A stretch of DNA of 64,000 nt from Amphiscolops sp. MND2022. Lineage: Eukaryota. The stretch's first letter is position 1. Every line of letters begins with the position of its first letter. The stretch covers positions 94,862,001 through 94,926,000 of the forward strand of contig OZ076409.1 in the NCBI GenBank assembly GCA_964187785.1. Direction: 5' to 3'. Positions 21,181-32,056 of this stretch are shown here, piece by piece. A program made the position numbers and the translations under genes. The notes under the pieces are model-generated. The model saw only the letters and a program-made list of their open reading frames with translations. It was not told where the DNA came from and searched no databases.

Positions 21181-23544
21181 TTTTTTTCGAAATCGTCTTG
21201 CGCACCTACCTGCAAATTTTCAGACCGATCCGACCAACAGTTTTTGAGAAAATTGACATTTTTTGTCAAAAAATGGCATTTTAAAAAAATGCATTTTTTG
21301 GTCAAAATCTCAACACTCGGTAAAGCTAGCGCCCTGCGGTTTTCACCAGCGTTTTCAGCGTCCTCTTTTCTAGTTGTGTGCCAAATTTTGGCTCCGAAAC
21401 TTTTTTCAATGTTGAGAAATGTTTGTTTTTTTGACCGAAAATGATCAAAAATTGAGTTTAAAAAATGTTCAAAATCTCGTAAACTACGCGACTTTTGAAA
21501 TTTACTCCTGTGGAAAAGTCTTGTAAATTTTTCACAAACTCAACTCTCAAATTTGGTTTCTAAACAACTTTGACTGCTTGAACAATCAAATTTCGCCTAT
21601 AATAGAGGAGTGCAAAGTGAATTTTTCCATTTTTTCAAAAAGGTCAAATTTTCCATGCACCCCCCTTTTTCGAATTTCATTTTTTCAAAATCGTCTTGCG
21701 CACCTACCTGCAAATTTTCAGACCGATCCGACCAACAGTTTTTGAGAAAATTGACATTTTTTGTCAAAAAATGGCATTTTAAAAAAATGCATTTTTTGGT
21801 CAAAATCTCAACACTCGGTAAAGCTAGCGCCCTGCGGTTTTCACCAGCGTTTTCAGCGTCCTCTTTTCTAGTTGTGTGCCAAATTTTGGCTCCGAAACTT
21901 TTTTCAATGTTGAGAAATGTTTGTTTTTTTGACCGAAAATGATCAAAAATTGAGTTTAAAAAATGTTCAAAATCTCGTAAACTACGCGACTTTTGAAATT
22001 TACTCCTGTGGAAAAGTCTTGTAAATTTTTCACAAACTCAACTCTCAAATTTGGTTTCTAAACAACTTTGACTGCTTGAACAATCAAATTTCGCCTATAA
22101 TAGAGGAGTGCAAAGTGAATTTTTCCATTTTTTCAAAAAAATCAAAATTTCCATGCACCCCCCTTTTTCGAATTTCATTTTTTCAAAATCGTCTTGCGCA
22201 CCTACCTGCAAATTTTCAGACCGATCCGACCAACAGTTTTTGAGAAAATTGACATTTTTTGTCAAAAAATGGCATTTTAAAAAAATGCATTTTTTGGTCA
22301 AAATCTCAACACTCGGTAAAGCTAGCGCCCTGCGGTTTTCACCAGCGTTTTCAGCGTCCTCTTTTCTAGTTGTGTGCCAAATTTTGGCTCCGAAACTTTT
22401 TTCAATGTTGAGAAATGTTTGTTTTTTTGACCGAAAATGATCAAAAATTGAGTTTAAAAAATGTTCAAAATCTCGTAAACTACGCGACTTTTGAAATTTA
22501 CTCCTGTGGAAAAGTCTTGTAAATTTTTCACAAACTCAACTCTCAAATTTGGTTTCTAAACAACTTTGACTGCTTGAACAATCAAATTTCGCCTATAATA
22601 GAGGAGTGCAAAGTGAATTTTTCCATTTTTTCAAAAAAATCAAAATTTCCATGCACCCCCCTTTTTCGAATTTCATTTTTTCAAAATCGTCTTGCGCACC
22701 TACCTGCAAATTTTCAGACCGATCCGACCAACAGTTTTTGAGAAAATTGACATTTTTTGTCAAAAAATGGCATTTTTAAAAAATGCATTTTTTGGTCTAA
22801 ATCTCAACACTCGGTAAAGCTAGCGCCCTGCGGTTTTCACCAGCGTTTTCAGCGTCCTCTTTTCTAGTTGTGTGCCAAATTTTGGCTCCGAAACTTTTTT
22901 CAATGTTGAGAAATGTTTGTTTTTTTGACCGAAAATGATCAAAAATTGAGTTTAAAAAATGTTCAAAATCTCGTAAACTACGCGACTTTTGAAATTTACT
23001 CCTGTGGAAAAGTCTTGTAAATTTTTCACAAACTCAACTCTCAAATTTGGTTTCTAAACAACTTTGACTGCTTGAACAATCAAATTTCGCCTATAATAGA
23101 GGAGTGCAAAGTGAATTTTTCCATTTTTTCAAAAAAAATCAAAATTTCCATGCACCCCCCTTTTTCGAATTTCATTTTTTCGAAATCGTCTTGCGCACCT
23201 ACCTGCAAATTTTCAGACCGATCCGACCAACAGTTTTTGAGAAAATTGACATTTTTTGTCAAAAAATGGCATTTTAAAAAAATGCATTTTTTGGTCAAAA
23301 TCTCAACACTCGGTGAAGCTAGCGCCCTGCGGTTTTCACCAGCGTTTTCAGCGTCCTCTTTTCTAGTTGTGTGCCAAATTTTGGCTCCGAAACTTTTTTC
23401 AATGTTGAGAAATGTTTGTTTTTTTGACCGAAAATGATCAAAAATTGAGTTTAAAAAATGTTCAAAATCTCGTAAACTACGCGACTTTTGAAATTTACTC
23501 CTATGGAAAAGTCTTGTAAATTTTTCGCAAACTCAACTCTCAAA
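21181..23544. repeat. Internal tandem array, ~498-bp unit x ~4.7
   Basis: AAATCGTCTTGCGCACCTACC recurs every ~498 bp. Copies are near-identical, with a few substitutions and homopolymer differences. Confidence 0.97.
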
Positions 23545-23604
23545 AACGATTTCCTAGGCTACTTTAAACAGAACTCTGCATAAAATGTCTTTAAATTTCG
23601 ACGT

Positions 23605-23677
23605 GGTTAGTAAGCTTTTGACAGTATTTGGTTAGATTGGTTAGTAAGCTTTTGACAGTATTTGTTAGATTGGTTAG
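23605..23677. repeat. ~34-bp tandem duplication
   Basis: GGTTAGTAAGCTTTTGACAGTATTT(G)GTTAGATT twice, then GGTTAG. Confidence 0.85.
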
Positions 23678-24270
23678 AATGGCTTCAAAAGTTTCTTTTC
23701 CTGCTGTTTTGCCTTCTTCACTGGTGGTGGCTCCAACGCTGCAGTTCGAGTACTATCAGGCGTCACAATTTGAGGACTCACTGTTAGATCATCATCTTTC
23801 GTCTCTTCGTCTTCTGTTGTACAGACCAGAACTTCTGGGGAGACTTGTGGTGATGGAGATTCAGGATCATGTTCAACTCCCCAAAAATCTTCAAGTGAAT
23901 CAACCTCCCTGAAGAAACCCATTTGATTCTCCGTTAATGGAACCATTGCGCAGTCGTCTCTACACAGGATGCGTTTGATTTGTATAGGTAGCATTGGTAG
24001 GTCACAACGATGAAGACTTTCTATATCCCAGTTAGACGCTGCTTCACAGTCCACAGAGTCAATCTTTCTCTTTCTTTCCAGAATCGTCTTTTCAGTCGGT
24101 TGTTTGCTCAACTTGTGATAGACCATGTTTGGTAACAGAATATGTTGCTTTGTTTCCCACCGGTCATTTTCGTCAGACCTCATCTGTTCAATTATTGAGA
24201 GCGCTTTTTGAAATTGTGTTTCATAAATGATGAAGCGTTTGCTTGTAAAATGTGTAAAGGCACTAGCCAT
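23674..24270 (-). CDS. Polinton B accessory protein, unknown function (198 aa)
   Basis: Intact ATG ORF; SP-rich acidic C-terminus and PPPVKKAK NLS-like motif. Confidence 0.65.
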   Translation of the reverse strand: MASAFTHFTSKRFIIYETQFQKALSIIEQMRSDENDRWETKQHILLPNMVYHKLSKQPTEKTILERKRKIDSVDCEAASNWDIESLHRCDLPMLPIQIKRILCRDDCAMVPLTENQMGFFREVDSLEDFWGVEHDPESPSPQVSPEVLVCTTEDEETKDDDLTVSPQIVTPDSTRTAALEPPPVKKAKQQEKKLLKPF

Positions 24271-24673
24271 AGTTGAATCGTCGACTTGGACAAGACCAAC
24301 TGTTTGAGCGGTAGCGAATTTACCGAATAACGGCTTGAGTTTTGAACGCTAGTGAATCTACAGTTTTTTGTTTCTCACGGTGGTTCGATTTCCACATGGT
24401 AACAATGTGTTTTGAATTATTACATTGAGTCTATTTTGATTTTTCAGATGTTTTGAATTTTAACACCAGTGTCGTTTGCTGTCTACTTGAAAGATCAACG
24501 TGGGTGGCAATGATCTTGATTTATCAGTCGGCGGTGCAAGCGTTTGTTGTTTACATGAAAGATTAAAGCAGGGTGACCAAACCTTGAACCATAAAAGCCC
24601 GCCCACCTCAGACATTGACCTTGCAATATTTACCAGGTTCTTCATACTTTTGATTTTGTTTCCAACATTCAGA

Positions 24674-25069
24674 ATGTTCTCTGGTGATTTTACTCTTGCT
24701 AAGGACGAGGATTTTGGAGACTATTACTGTGACTTATCAGAAAAATCCAACAGAATATTGCGAGCAACGGTGAAAACATACGAGCATACAGGAACCTACG
24801 TGTTTCTAAAACTCTTCAAAAAGAAGCCAGACGCCGAATTTGCTCTGGTTCAAAAAATCACGTTGACAAAAGAAGAGTTTGAAATTCTACTGTGGAAAGG
24901 AAAATCAGTTCTACAACCGTCGAATATCAAAAAAGTTACAAAAAAGTGCAAAAAAATTAAGAAACCCTCATTTGTTGATTCTGTGGCGGAGGAGGATGAC
25001 GGGGACAACGTAGACGGAGAAAACAAGGAGAATATTGATCCTAGAAAGTATGGTGGAAGCAATGTTTGA
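24674..25069 (+). CDS. PC4/Sub1-like ssDNA-binding protein (probable)
   Basis: DLSEKSNRILRATVKTY..TYVFLKLF..QKITLTKEEFEIL follows the PC4 beta-strand pattern ending K-x-I-x-L-x-x-E-x-F. Acidic tail. Confidence 0.55.
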   Translation: MFSGDFTLAKDEDFGDYYCDLSEKSNRILRATVKTYEHTGTYVFLKLFKKKPDAEFALVQKITLTKEEFEILLWKGKSVLQPSNIKKVTKKCKKIKKPSFVDSVAEEDDGDNVDGENKENIDPRKYGGSNV

Positions 25070-25640
25070 GCGTTCTCCCGATTACTTTAAGCAATTTAGA
25101 AAAAACTTTCGCTTCTTTTTATTCAAGGAAAAACCCAAAGCTGGCGTGGACTTCCCATTAGATGTTGTTATTTCCATTGGCTTACACTCACCTGTGCATG
25201 ATGGGCTCTGTAACGCTTTGCCAGACAATCACTATCATGTTTTGGCCCAGTGTTTTGGTGAAAATTATAAAGGGCAACCCAAAAGTTATTTATTACCATG
25301 TTTATATTCAACCTACGCCTTACTAATTGCAAACAGTGATGAAAAGGAAATATGTGGTGAAATTTTTGAAAAATTGGATCAAGCCGTTCAATACAATTGT
25401 GACCCTCCTAATCGAAACCCAAAGAAACTCTTGCCATCAATCTGTTTTTCTGTTCAAAAATGTGACAAGGCTGTGCAAGTCAGCTCTGGGTTGAGTCAAG
25501 GAACAATACAACGCTTGGAAAATGTTATGCTTGGACCGTATGGTGGTCATTTCCTACTCATTGCTGATATTTTTCAAACTGGTCATGGATCGCTTAATTT
25601 TGTGCCTGTACTAACCTTTTCTCTGAATGAAATTGTTTGA
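25062..25640 (+). CDS. Accessory protein with HUH-like motif (start uncertain)
   Basis: FFLF...DNHYHVLAQ...LYSTY; overlaps the stop of the upstream ORF. Confidence 0.55.
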   Translation: MFERSPDYFKQFRKNFRFFLFKEKPKAGVDFPLDVVISIGLHSPVHDGLCNALPDNHYHVLAQCFGENYKGQPKSYLLPCLYSTYALLIANSDEKEICGEIFEKLDQAVQYNCDPPNRNPKKLLPSICFSVQKCDKAVQVSSGLSQGTIQRLENVMLGPYGGHFLLIADIFQTGHGSLNFVPVLTFSLNEIV

Positions 25641-25670
25641 GAATAAAAATGTTTGAAATTAAACATTAAA

Positions 25671-26111
25671 TTACATGAGAGTTTTTACAAAGCGAAGCAA
25701 ATCAGTTTCAGAAATGTAAGAAATCAATGGATAATACGAACTTAACAAAAAATGAGCAACATAAACACAATACAAACCACACAAGTTTGAATTTTGATTT
25801 TGTAACGGCGTCTTTGTGGCATCTTTTAATGTCTGCTGAACTTGGATTGGTATCGCGGAGATTCTTTTAGCAATATTAGGATAATGTAAAAATAGGTCTA
25901 GTCCAAGGGGATCTGCAAAGTTGAAAGTACCTTTCACGTTGCTCCAAACAATCCAATGTTTCCCAGCGCAGTTTGAGTTTTCTGAATTGACAATTACAAA
26001 AGTGTTGTTGGGTAATATGATAGGAAACTTGTCTGCGGGATAAATTCCTCCAAACTTGTATTTCAATCTTGGGCTGTTTTTTATTAGGTGGGCAATGTAA
26101 TCTTCATCCAT
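25671..26111 (-). CDS. Adenain-like cysteine protease, element B; intact
   Basis: IVNSE..GKHW, FADPLG, LQ...NLCGLYC catalytic motifs. Confidence 0.92.
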   Translation of the reverse strand: MDEDYIAHLIKNSPRLKYKFGGIYPADKFPIILPNNTFVIVNSENSNCAGKHWIVWSNVKGTFNFADPLGLDLFLHYPNIAKRISAIPIQVQQTLKDATKTPLQNQNSNLCGLYCVYVAHFLLSSYYPLISYISETDLLRFVKTLM

Positions 26112-26114
26112 TTT

Positions 26115-27422
26115 TCAAGTGGTAGGGTTTAACATGACGTTTTTGGAGACTTTTCTATGAGAGTCAATGTAAATTGTTGATGCTTTTTCGCCCAACAGAA
26201 ACACCTCAGTGTTCACTGCCAGCGCTGCTGAAAACTTCAACTCGAGCGAAATGGCAGCGTTAGTGAGCTCAGGATAAAGAAAATCATGAGATGCTTGTTG
26301 GGTGCTAGTCAGGTCAAACACCATTACAAAATGATTAGCATAGTCGGCGAAAGGAATTCCATGTCCATGATGACCAAAGGCGAGAGCATCCATTGTTGAC
26401 ATGTAAACTCGTTTTAGATCATCTGTTGCCAAAGGAGTTCCTGCAACAGGGTATCCATTCCGATAAACAGTAACTTCGTTTAGGTTATGTTTTTGGTAAT
26501 GAAATGGATTTGTGTCTTTTGAACCAAGAAAAGACGCATTACTGACGAGCGCCAAAGCGAATCGTCGAATTGGTTCTCGACTGAAAACGTCTTCCTTACT
26601 CCAACTGCGACTACCTGTCGGAATGAGAAAAGTTTTGGGTAGAACCTCTGTGTACCGATACAGAGCTGGAGTTTTTGTCAGAGTTTTCTCTATGGCTATG
26701 AAAACCTGCTCAGAAACTGTCATTTTCCGGACGTAAAGATTGGCTTGGGTAATGGTAATTTTGTAATTTTTTGCAACGTCATCATGAATCAAAACAAACT
26801 CTGGTTTCGAACGGACAAAAGAAATTCGCAAAGTCACTCCACTCAGTAAATGTTTATCACAAGAAAATACATCAGCTGCAACTTTTCCAAAAAATGTTAA
26901 TTCTCCAGACTGTCTCGACTCCAATTCTCTGTTTGTAAATGGAGTTGTTGTACTGTTCCCAGGATGCTGCTCATATGTATATCCTTGGCAACGTAACCAT
27001 GTATCTTTGGCTTCCTTGCCATTCGAATATTCGGTTTCAATAAAGGCCTTGTGTGCGTAAACACCGTTTGCATTGGAAATTTTTATTCCATTAGCAGTAA
27101 CAGTGCATTCGGAGAATAGAGAGTGTAATGTATTATTCACAAAAATAGGAGTGTCTGTTTGTGTTGGATCCGTTGCATCATATCGTAAGTCATTTCCATC
27201 GCTTTGTTTAATTTTGCATTTTATCTCGAGAAAAATTTTTTGTAGGTCCAAAAAATTATTTCGGTCTCCTACAACTTCAAATTCCAATGTTGGTCCATTG
27301 GGGGAGTAAATCGGGCCAATCTTTTGTTCAAAGGAAGAGTCAAATGTAATCAAAACTGGTGATCGCTCAAAAATGTCGAGGGAACTATGTGAAGCTTCGA
27401 GTGGTAAAATATTAGGCAACAT
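26115..27422 (-). CDS. Major capsid protein, element B; intact (435 aa)
   Basis: Uninterrupted ORF from MLPNILP; N..HSLFS, G....D.F..DK.L.SGV.LR, NPFHYQ, FDLT motifs of Polinton MCP. Confidence 0.92.
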   Translation of the reverse strand: MLPNILPLEASHSSLDIFERSPVLITFDSSFEQKIGPIYSPNGPTLEFEVVGDRNNFLDLQKIFLEIKCKIKQSDGNDLRYDATDPTQTDTPIFVNNTLHSLFSECTVTANGIKISNANGVYAHKAFIETEYSNGKEAKDTWLRCQGYTYEQHPGNSTTTPFTNRELESRQSGELTFFGKVAADVFSCDKHLLSGVTLRISFVRSKPEFVLIHDDVAKNYKITITQANLYVRKMTVSEQVFIAIEKTLTKTPALYRYTEVLPKTFLIPTGSRSWSKEDVFSREPIRRFALALVSNASFLGSKDTNPFHYQKHNLNEVTVYRNGYPVAGTPLATDDLKRVYMSTMDALAFGHHGHGIPFADYANHFVMVFDLTSTQQASHDFLYPELTNAAISLELKFSAALAVNTEVFLLGEKASTIYIDSHRKVSKNVMLNPTT

Positions 27423-27786
27423 TTTTGACTTTTGAAAAGAAATCGGACCGACTTCTCTGTTTGCGTTTTGATTTCGTAATGGTTTTTCGTTTCTTTGAAG
27501 AACGTTTGCTTTTTCCACCAATCTGCTTCTTTATCGTCTTTTTCATAGCTGTTTTAGCAGCCTCACGTGGCGATTTTCGCTTTGCAATAACATCAAAGAC
27601 CTCAGGGACACTTTGAACGAGCAATTCTTTGCCAATTTTTTTTGCAGCAGGTAAAATAAAATTTTTTGCAAAGGGTAAAGCCACTCGGCCAAAACCGGCT
27701 GCCAGTGCACCAATTCCACTACCTCGTTGTCTGTTGTAACTGGCGAAATGGGGTAAATACACTTGCTTTGAGTAATAGTCTTCCAT
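27412..27786 (-). CDS. Small basic core-like virion protein
   Basis: MEDYYSKQ..RQRGSGIG, QIGG, K/R-rich tail; homologue of 8078..8437. Confidence 0.8.
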   Translation of the reverse strand: MEDYYSKQVYLPHFASYNRQRGSGIGALAAGFGRVALPFAKNFILPAAKKIGKELLVQSVPEVFDVIAKRKSPREAAKTAMKKTIKKQIGGKSKRSSKKRKTITKSKRKQRSRSDFFSKVKNVA

Positions 27787-28653
27787 TAGGCGAATTTTTT
27801 AAATTTTAGGGTCAAAACAACTTGACCTTTACCACAAAAGGGTACCAGGATCCCAGTCTCTGTTCTGAGTTGAATGCTTATTGTTTGAATATTTTGAACC
27901 AACAGTTTCTTGTATTGTAAATCGAAAAAATGATCTTGTTTCCAAATTCTGGGTTGTCACGACCTTGCCACTTTCAACACGTTTCCCACTATCAATGATT
28001 CTCAAAACGGGTGCTTTTACGTCGCCCGTGTTTTGATATTCAAACAAATCAGTGTAAACAAGAATTAGACTAATGCCAGAAATCAAATCCACCGGAAAGT
28101 CATTCACAACCCATCTACTTTTCAGGATGTCTTCGTTTCCTATATGAATACCAAAAGCAGTCTCTTTTCCCTTGAATCCAAGTAGGTTGGGAATGTTTCT
28201 GTTAGGAAAAGTGTAGCCAGCTTATGCATCAAATTTAATTTCTAGGCCATTTTCGGTGGATCTATGTTTACCGTCTTCCGTGAGTAAATTTACTTTTGAA
28301 CGCATTTCAAAAAGTAGGTTGTTGATATGACTGTACATCGAAGGTCTTATCTTTAGTTTTTGATAATATGGAACAACTGGTTCAGAGTCAATTTCAATTT
28401 CCTCTGCTTTTTCTTCATCAATTTCGTCAAGGTTTTCTTCATCTTCCTTCTTTTTGGTAGTGTGAACGTAATAAAAAAAGTCTGTGTAAACGTTATTAAT
28501 TTCCGAGGGAAAAATAATTTCTGATAGAGCCACACGCCAGTCGCCTTCCAGGGAAATATTTTGTGGGAGTTGATTTTTGAATGCTGCCAATGTATTGTCA
28601 CCAAAAATTTCTAATGACGCTGTGGATAATAAATGAACTTCAAATTCGTCCAT
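27786..28653 (-). pseudogene. Minor capsid protein, element B; in-frame stop at 28222-28224 and frameshift ~27925
   Basis: MDEFEVHLLS..NTLAAFKNQL..LEGDWRVALSEI; VYTDL..Q..GD..APVLR; LQYKKL..VPF..G..VLTLKF. Confidence 0.85.
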
Positions 28654-29637
28654 TTTTCTTTTTCACCAAAATCAATTCAGGCTGATAAAACTTGCCCAAG
28701 AGTTTTTCCTTCTCAGAGTCCAGTAAGTTGTAAGTTGGGGGATTGAGAGTTGCGATTTTTTCAATTTGAAAAATTTCGTCGGTAAAATTCTGTTTGTAAC
28801 CTTTTTTGAAGGGTAAGTTTTCTTTTGACACTCTCACAAAGTCACCGACTCTGAATCTCGGCACTCGTAGCTGTTTAGTGGACTTGTAAGAAACCAGAGA
28901 AATCAAATGAGGTACATCTTTATCTGAAACCTTCTTTGGAGCCAATCCTGTCACTCGGTTTACTCGTGAATTTATGATGTCAACAAAGTCATGGAGTTTT
29001 TTGATGTATTGATAAGACCATCTCTTTTCCAAATGTTTATATATAATGTTTTTAGAGAACGAATATTACGTTCTGCAAAAGCAGATTTTGTCTCACTATG
29101 AGTGCTGTAAATGTCAATGTTTTTGGAATCGCAGAACTGCTTAAATTCCCCTTTAAACTCTGATCCCTTGTCTGACCAGATTTTTTCGGGAATGGACTTT
29201 GTTATCATTCTTTTGAATGCTCTTGTTGAATCTGCTGCACTTTTTGTTTTCATTGGTTCAACCCGTAGGAATCTCGATAGTACATCAACTGCAACTAGCA
29301 AGTATTTCACACCGTTGTTGTATTTTGCTAATTTGTCCATATAAGCAACATCTATCGACCAAATCTCATTGATTCTGTAAGCTTGAACCTTCAATCGTGG
29401 AAATTTTTTTCTGGGAGCGTGATATTTTGTATGAGCGTCTGTTTGAGCCAAAAATGTTTCCACTTTCCTTTTTGGAAGCTTACTAGCTTTTTTCAAGTTT
29501 TCAACGCTACCATAAGCAGCTGGACCTTGTGTGTAAAGTTTCTCGAGGGTTTTTCTTTCAGATTCCGAGAGATGTCCATATTTTCGATCCAGACGCTTTG
29601 CTTTTAGCAATTTCTTCAGATTCTTCGTTGCTGGCAT
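28640..29637 (-). pseudogene. rve integrase, element B; frameshift ~29050
   Basis: WSID, WSDKGSEF, AERNIR; the C-terminal half (FRVGDFVRV, FKKGY, GKFYQPEL) is in another frame. Confidence 0.92.
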
Positions 29638-30142
29638 CTGATTCGTCTCGAGTGGGTTCTGCTCTCCTTCTTGTTGTACTAGGGTTCAAAATGTTTTTGG
29701 CGTTCCGGTTAGGCACTAAATTAGGATTTACCATCAATTCTTTAAGAATGATAGAGTATGAAGGATCAGTTAGGTTTTTGTTGGGTTGCTGCAGATTATA
29801 AAGAAATGTTGAGAGCGAAATTTTTGTGGAAATTTTGTTTACTGTAATATCGCCTGTTTCATCAAAATCAATTGTTTCGGAAGATTCAATTTTGTTCAAA
29901 ATTTCTCTCGTTCTTTGTTTTTGTGCCGCTGTGAGCATATCCAAGGACTTTAAAATATTTTCTTTACTGGTTTTTTCTTTCTTTTCTACTGTTGAGGGGT
30001 CCGGAAAAGTATTGTTTCTTTGCAGTAGAGTGAGAGACTTTGCCTTTTGTTCAACTTCTGGGTCTCTCAAAACTTGCAGTGTGGAGTGTTTCTGTTGAGT
30101 ATAAAAACTTTTTGGGATAAGTACAAATTCTTGAGTGTTCAT
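29558..30142 (-). CDS. Conserved Polinton ORF, element B
   Basis: MNTQEFVLIPK..; homologue of 10195..10812, overlapping the integrase 5' end in the same way. Confidence 0.78.
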   Translation of the reverse strand: MNTQEFVLIPKSFYTQQKHSTLQVLRDPEVEQKAKSLTLLQRNNTFPDPSTVEKKEKTSKENILKSLDMLTAAQKQRTREILNKIESSETIDFDETGDITVNKISTKISLSTFLYNLQQPNKNLTDPSYSIILKELMVNPNLVPNRNAKNILNPSTTRRRAEPTRDESDASNEESEEIAKSKASGSKIWTSLGI

Positions 30143-30150
30143 AACGGAAT

Positions 30151-30453
30151 TCAATCTGTCAGGTAACAGAAACAAGGCCGAATAATAAAGTTTAACAATT
30201 TGAGACCTTTTGGTGACATTAAAATTTTTCTGCGTTCCTTATTGGAGGTAGACCTTTTACAAAGTAATCTGAGTTGGATTTCGTACTGTTTCAATTCGTC
30301 CACGTTGATACCAACCGTTCCATTCACAACATTGATTGCACACTCGCAACAAAATTTCAAAAATTCCTTGTCACAATGTCGTAGAAGTTTTTGTTGCTGT
30401 ACTGAAGTGAGTTTTTCTAAGAGACTGAGTGTATGCAAATTTTTCTCGCTCAT
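30151..30453 (-). CDS. Conserved small Polinton protein (100 aa)
   Basis: KFCCECAINVVNG..LLC..STS.KERRKIL..KG; homologue of 10809..11114. Confidence 0.8.
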   Translation of the reverse strand: MSEKNLHTLSLLEKLTSVQQQKLLRHCDKEFLKFCCECAINVVNGTVGINVDELKQYEIQLRLLCKRSTSNKERRKILMSPKGLKLLNFIIRPCFCYLTD

Positions 30454-31097
30454 TGTTAATTTCTGTAATTTTTGCTTGTGACGAAGGCAAATAAAATATT
30501 GTTGGTCCTGGCCCTAGAATGTTTGAACAAAAGCGTAGACATTCACTTGTCTTTGGATCCAAATCAATGAGTAAATGACCATGTGGTTCTGCAACAGCGT
30601 CTGTGTAGCACTCTTTTAGAAATACAGCTTTGTTTAATTGTCTTCCAAGATATTCAATTTGCTGTGTGTCACGAGGAGAATTAAAAAGAATAATGTGGGT
30701 TGTGTTGAGGTCAATTGTACGTGAACACTTACTTTGATGATACAAATTATGTTTGACAAAAATACAGTTAATTCCTCTGTGTCGGCCAGAGACTGCAATT
30801 TTTGCAAAGTTTTTATCTTGGTAAATTTCTTCGCAAGAGTCGTCAAATATCAGCAAACACTCCTGAAGCGTCTTTATCAAATCAAAATCTAGACAACTGA
30901 TAAACTCGATGTTCATCCGTTTTTCCACTTCTTTGAAAATTTGTTGGAACTCGCGATAAAAGTAGTAAATTTTTTGAAAGCGTGGATAAAAGGTCTTGGA
31001 TGTGAGCATAGAAAAAAATCAGTCGGGTTTTTCCAGATCCAGATGGTCCAACAACTGACATGAAAACTCTTTCTGTAGTAAAAATGATTTTGTTCAT
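30431..31097 (-). pseudogene. Packaging ATPase, element B; homopolymer frameshift ~31015 (3' end approximate)
   Basis: GPSGSGKT in one frame; LLIFDD, GRH, HNLYHQ in the next. Confidence 0.9.
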
Positions 31098-31372
31098 AAT
31101 TTTGGGCTAGGTAAAAGATATCCAACTGATCCAGCCAAAAGTGATGTCCAAAATGGCATGTCTTCACATGATACTTCAAAAAAGATTAGTTTCACCAGAC
31201 AAATTGTTATCACAAAGAAAGCTGAGAATACATGAACAAAAAATATAACTTGCGATCGTGGTATGTTTGTAGCAAAACAAAATTTCCAGGCTGGTCTCTC
31301 ATTATTATCTTTATCGAACACAATTTCTTGACATGATAATACATCTGGTAAATCAACTGTTTCTGAACCCAT
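31094..31372 (-). CDS. Small two-TM membrane protein
   Basis: Homologue of 11760..12035 (CEDMPFW..LL..VGYLLPSPKL). Confidence 0.8.
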   Translation of the reverse strand: MGSETVDLPDVLSCQEIVFDKDNNERPAWKFCFATNIPRSQVIFFVHVFSAFFVITICLVKLIFFEVSCEDMPFWTSLLAGSVGYLLPSPKL

Positions 31373-31707
31373 TTTTCAAAAAGTGTACTACGAAATTATT
31401 AAATTCAATTCCAGTTAATTGTACATTATTACACACACGTTGTATATCAGAAATGGTTCAAAATTGTTAAATAAAATGTTAGTACAAAAGATACAAAAAA
31501 ATTGTACTGCGGAACATCATGCATTGTTTCCTTAGTACGTGCCGGACCTTGTGTGTCGTTTACACAAGTTTTTCGTTGGCTGTCAATATTGAGGTAGGTT
31601 AAGGTGCAGAGACAAGATTTTTCTTGCCATTGAGGCACCGAAGGACTACACTACAGAGAGAGTTAGTTTCAAAACAAAAAAAGCATTATATCAAATCACA
31701 CAAAAAG

Positions 31708-32052
31708 TCAGTTCAAACTTTTGCTCCTTGGTAAGACGAATATTCTTTGGGTTTCCAGCATTATAAATGAATTCCATTCTTTATCTTTTGTTTCCAAATC
31801 GATTTTGAATTTTGAGCCAGTTTTCCCAGATCCGTAATAGAACCAAATTCTGAGGACACTTTTGGATTTGACTACGTCCCTCACTTCTTGTGGTAGATTC
31901 GGGCAATTTTTGTCAATTTCGACAGGAGGAGGTGGCCTGGAAATGTGCATGTTTAAAGGAGGTAGTTTCTTTTTCATCCTGGAAAGTTTTGAGTCTCGTG
32001 CACTAGAAGCTACTGACATATTCTTTCCAAAAGTCCTGCTTGCTTCCACCAC
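31708..32052 (-). CDS. Hypothetical Polinton protein (start uncertain)
   Basis: ORF in the compact array; positional counterpart of 12094..12363. Confidence 0.5.
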   Translation of the reverse strand: MVEASRTFGKNMSVASSARDSKLSRMKKKLPPLNMHISRPPPPVEIDKNCPNLPQEVRDVVKSKSVLRIWFYYGSGKTGSKFKIDLETKDKEWNSFIMLETQRIFVLPRSKSLN

Positions 32053-32056
32053 ACCA

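Noticed and set aside
20946..23437. Repeated 66-121 aa ORFs
   Set aside because: By-products of the 498-bp array; F/K-rich from A/T tracts, with frames varying between units.
21181..23544. CRISPR-like array
   Set aside because: Whole units repeat with no unique spacers, there are no cas genes, and the context is eukaryotic.
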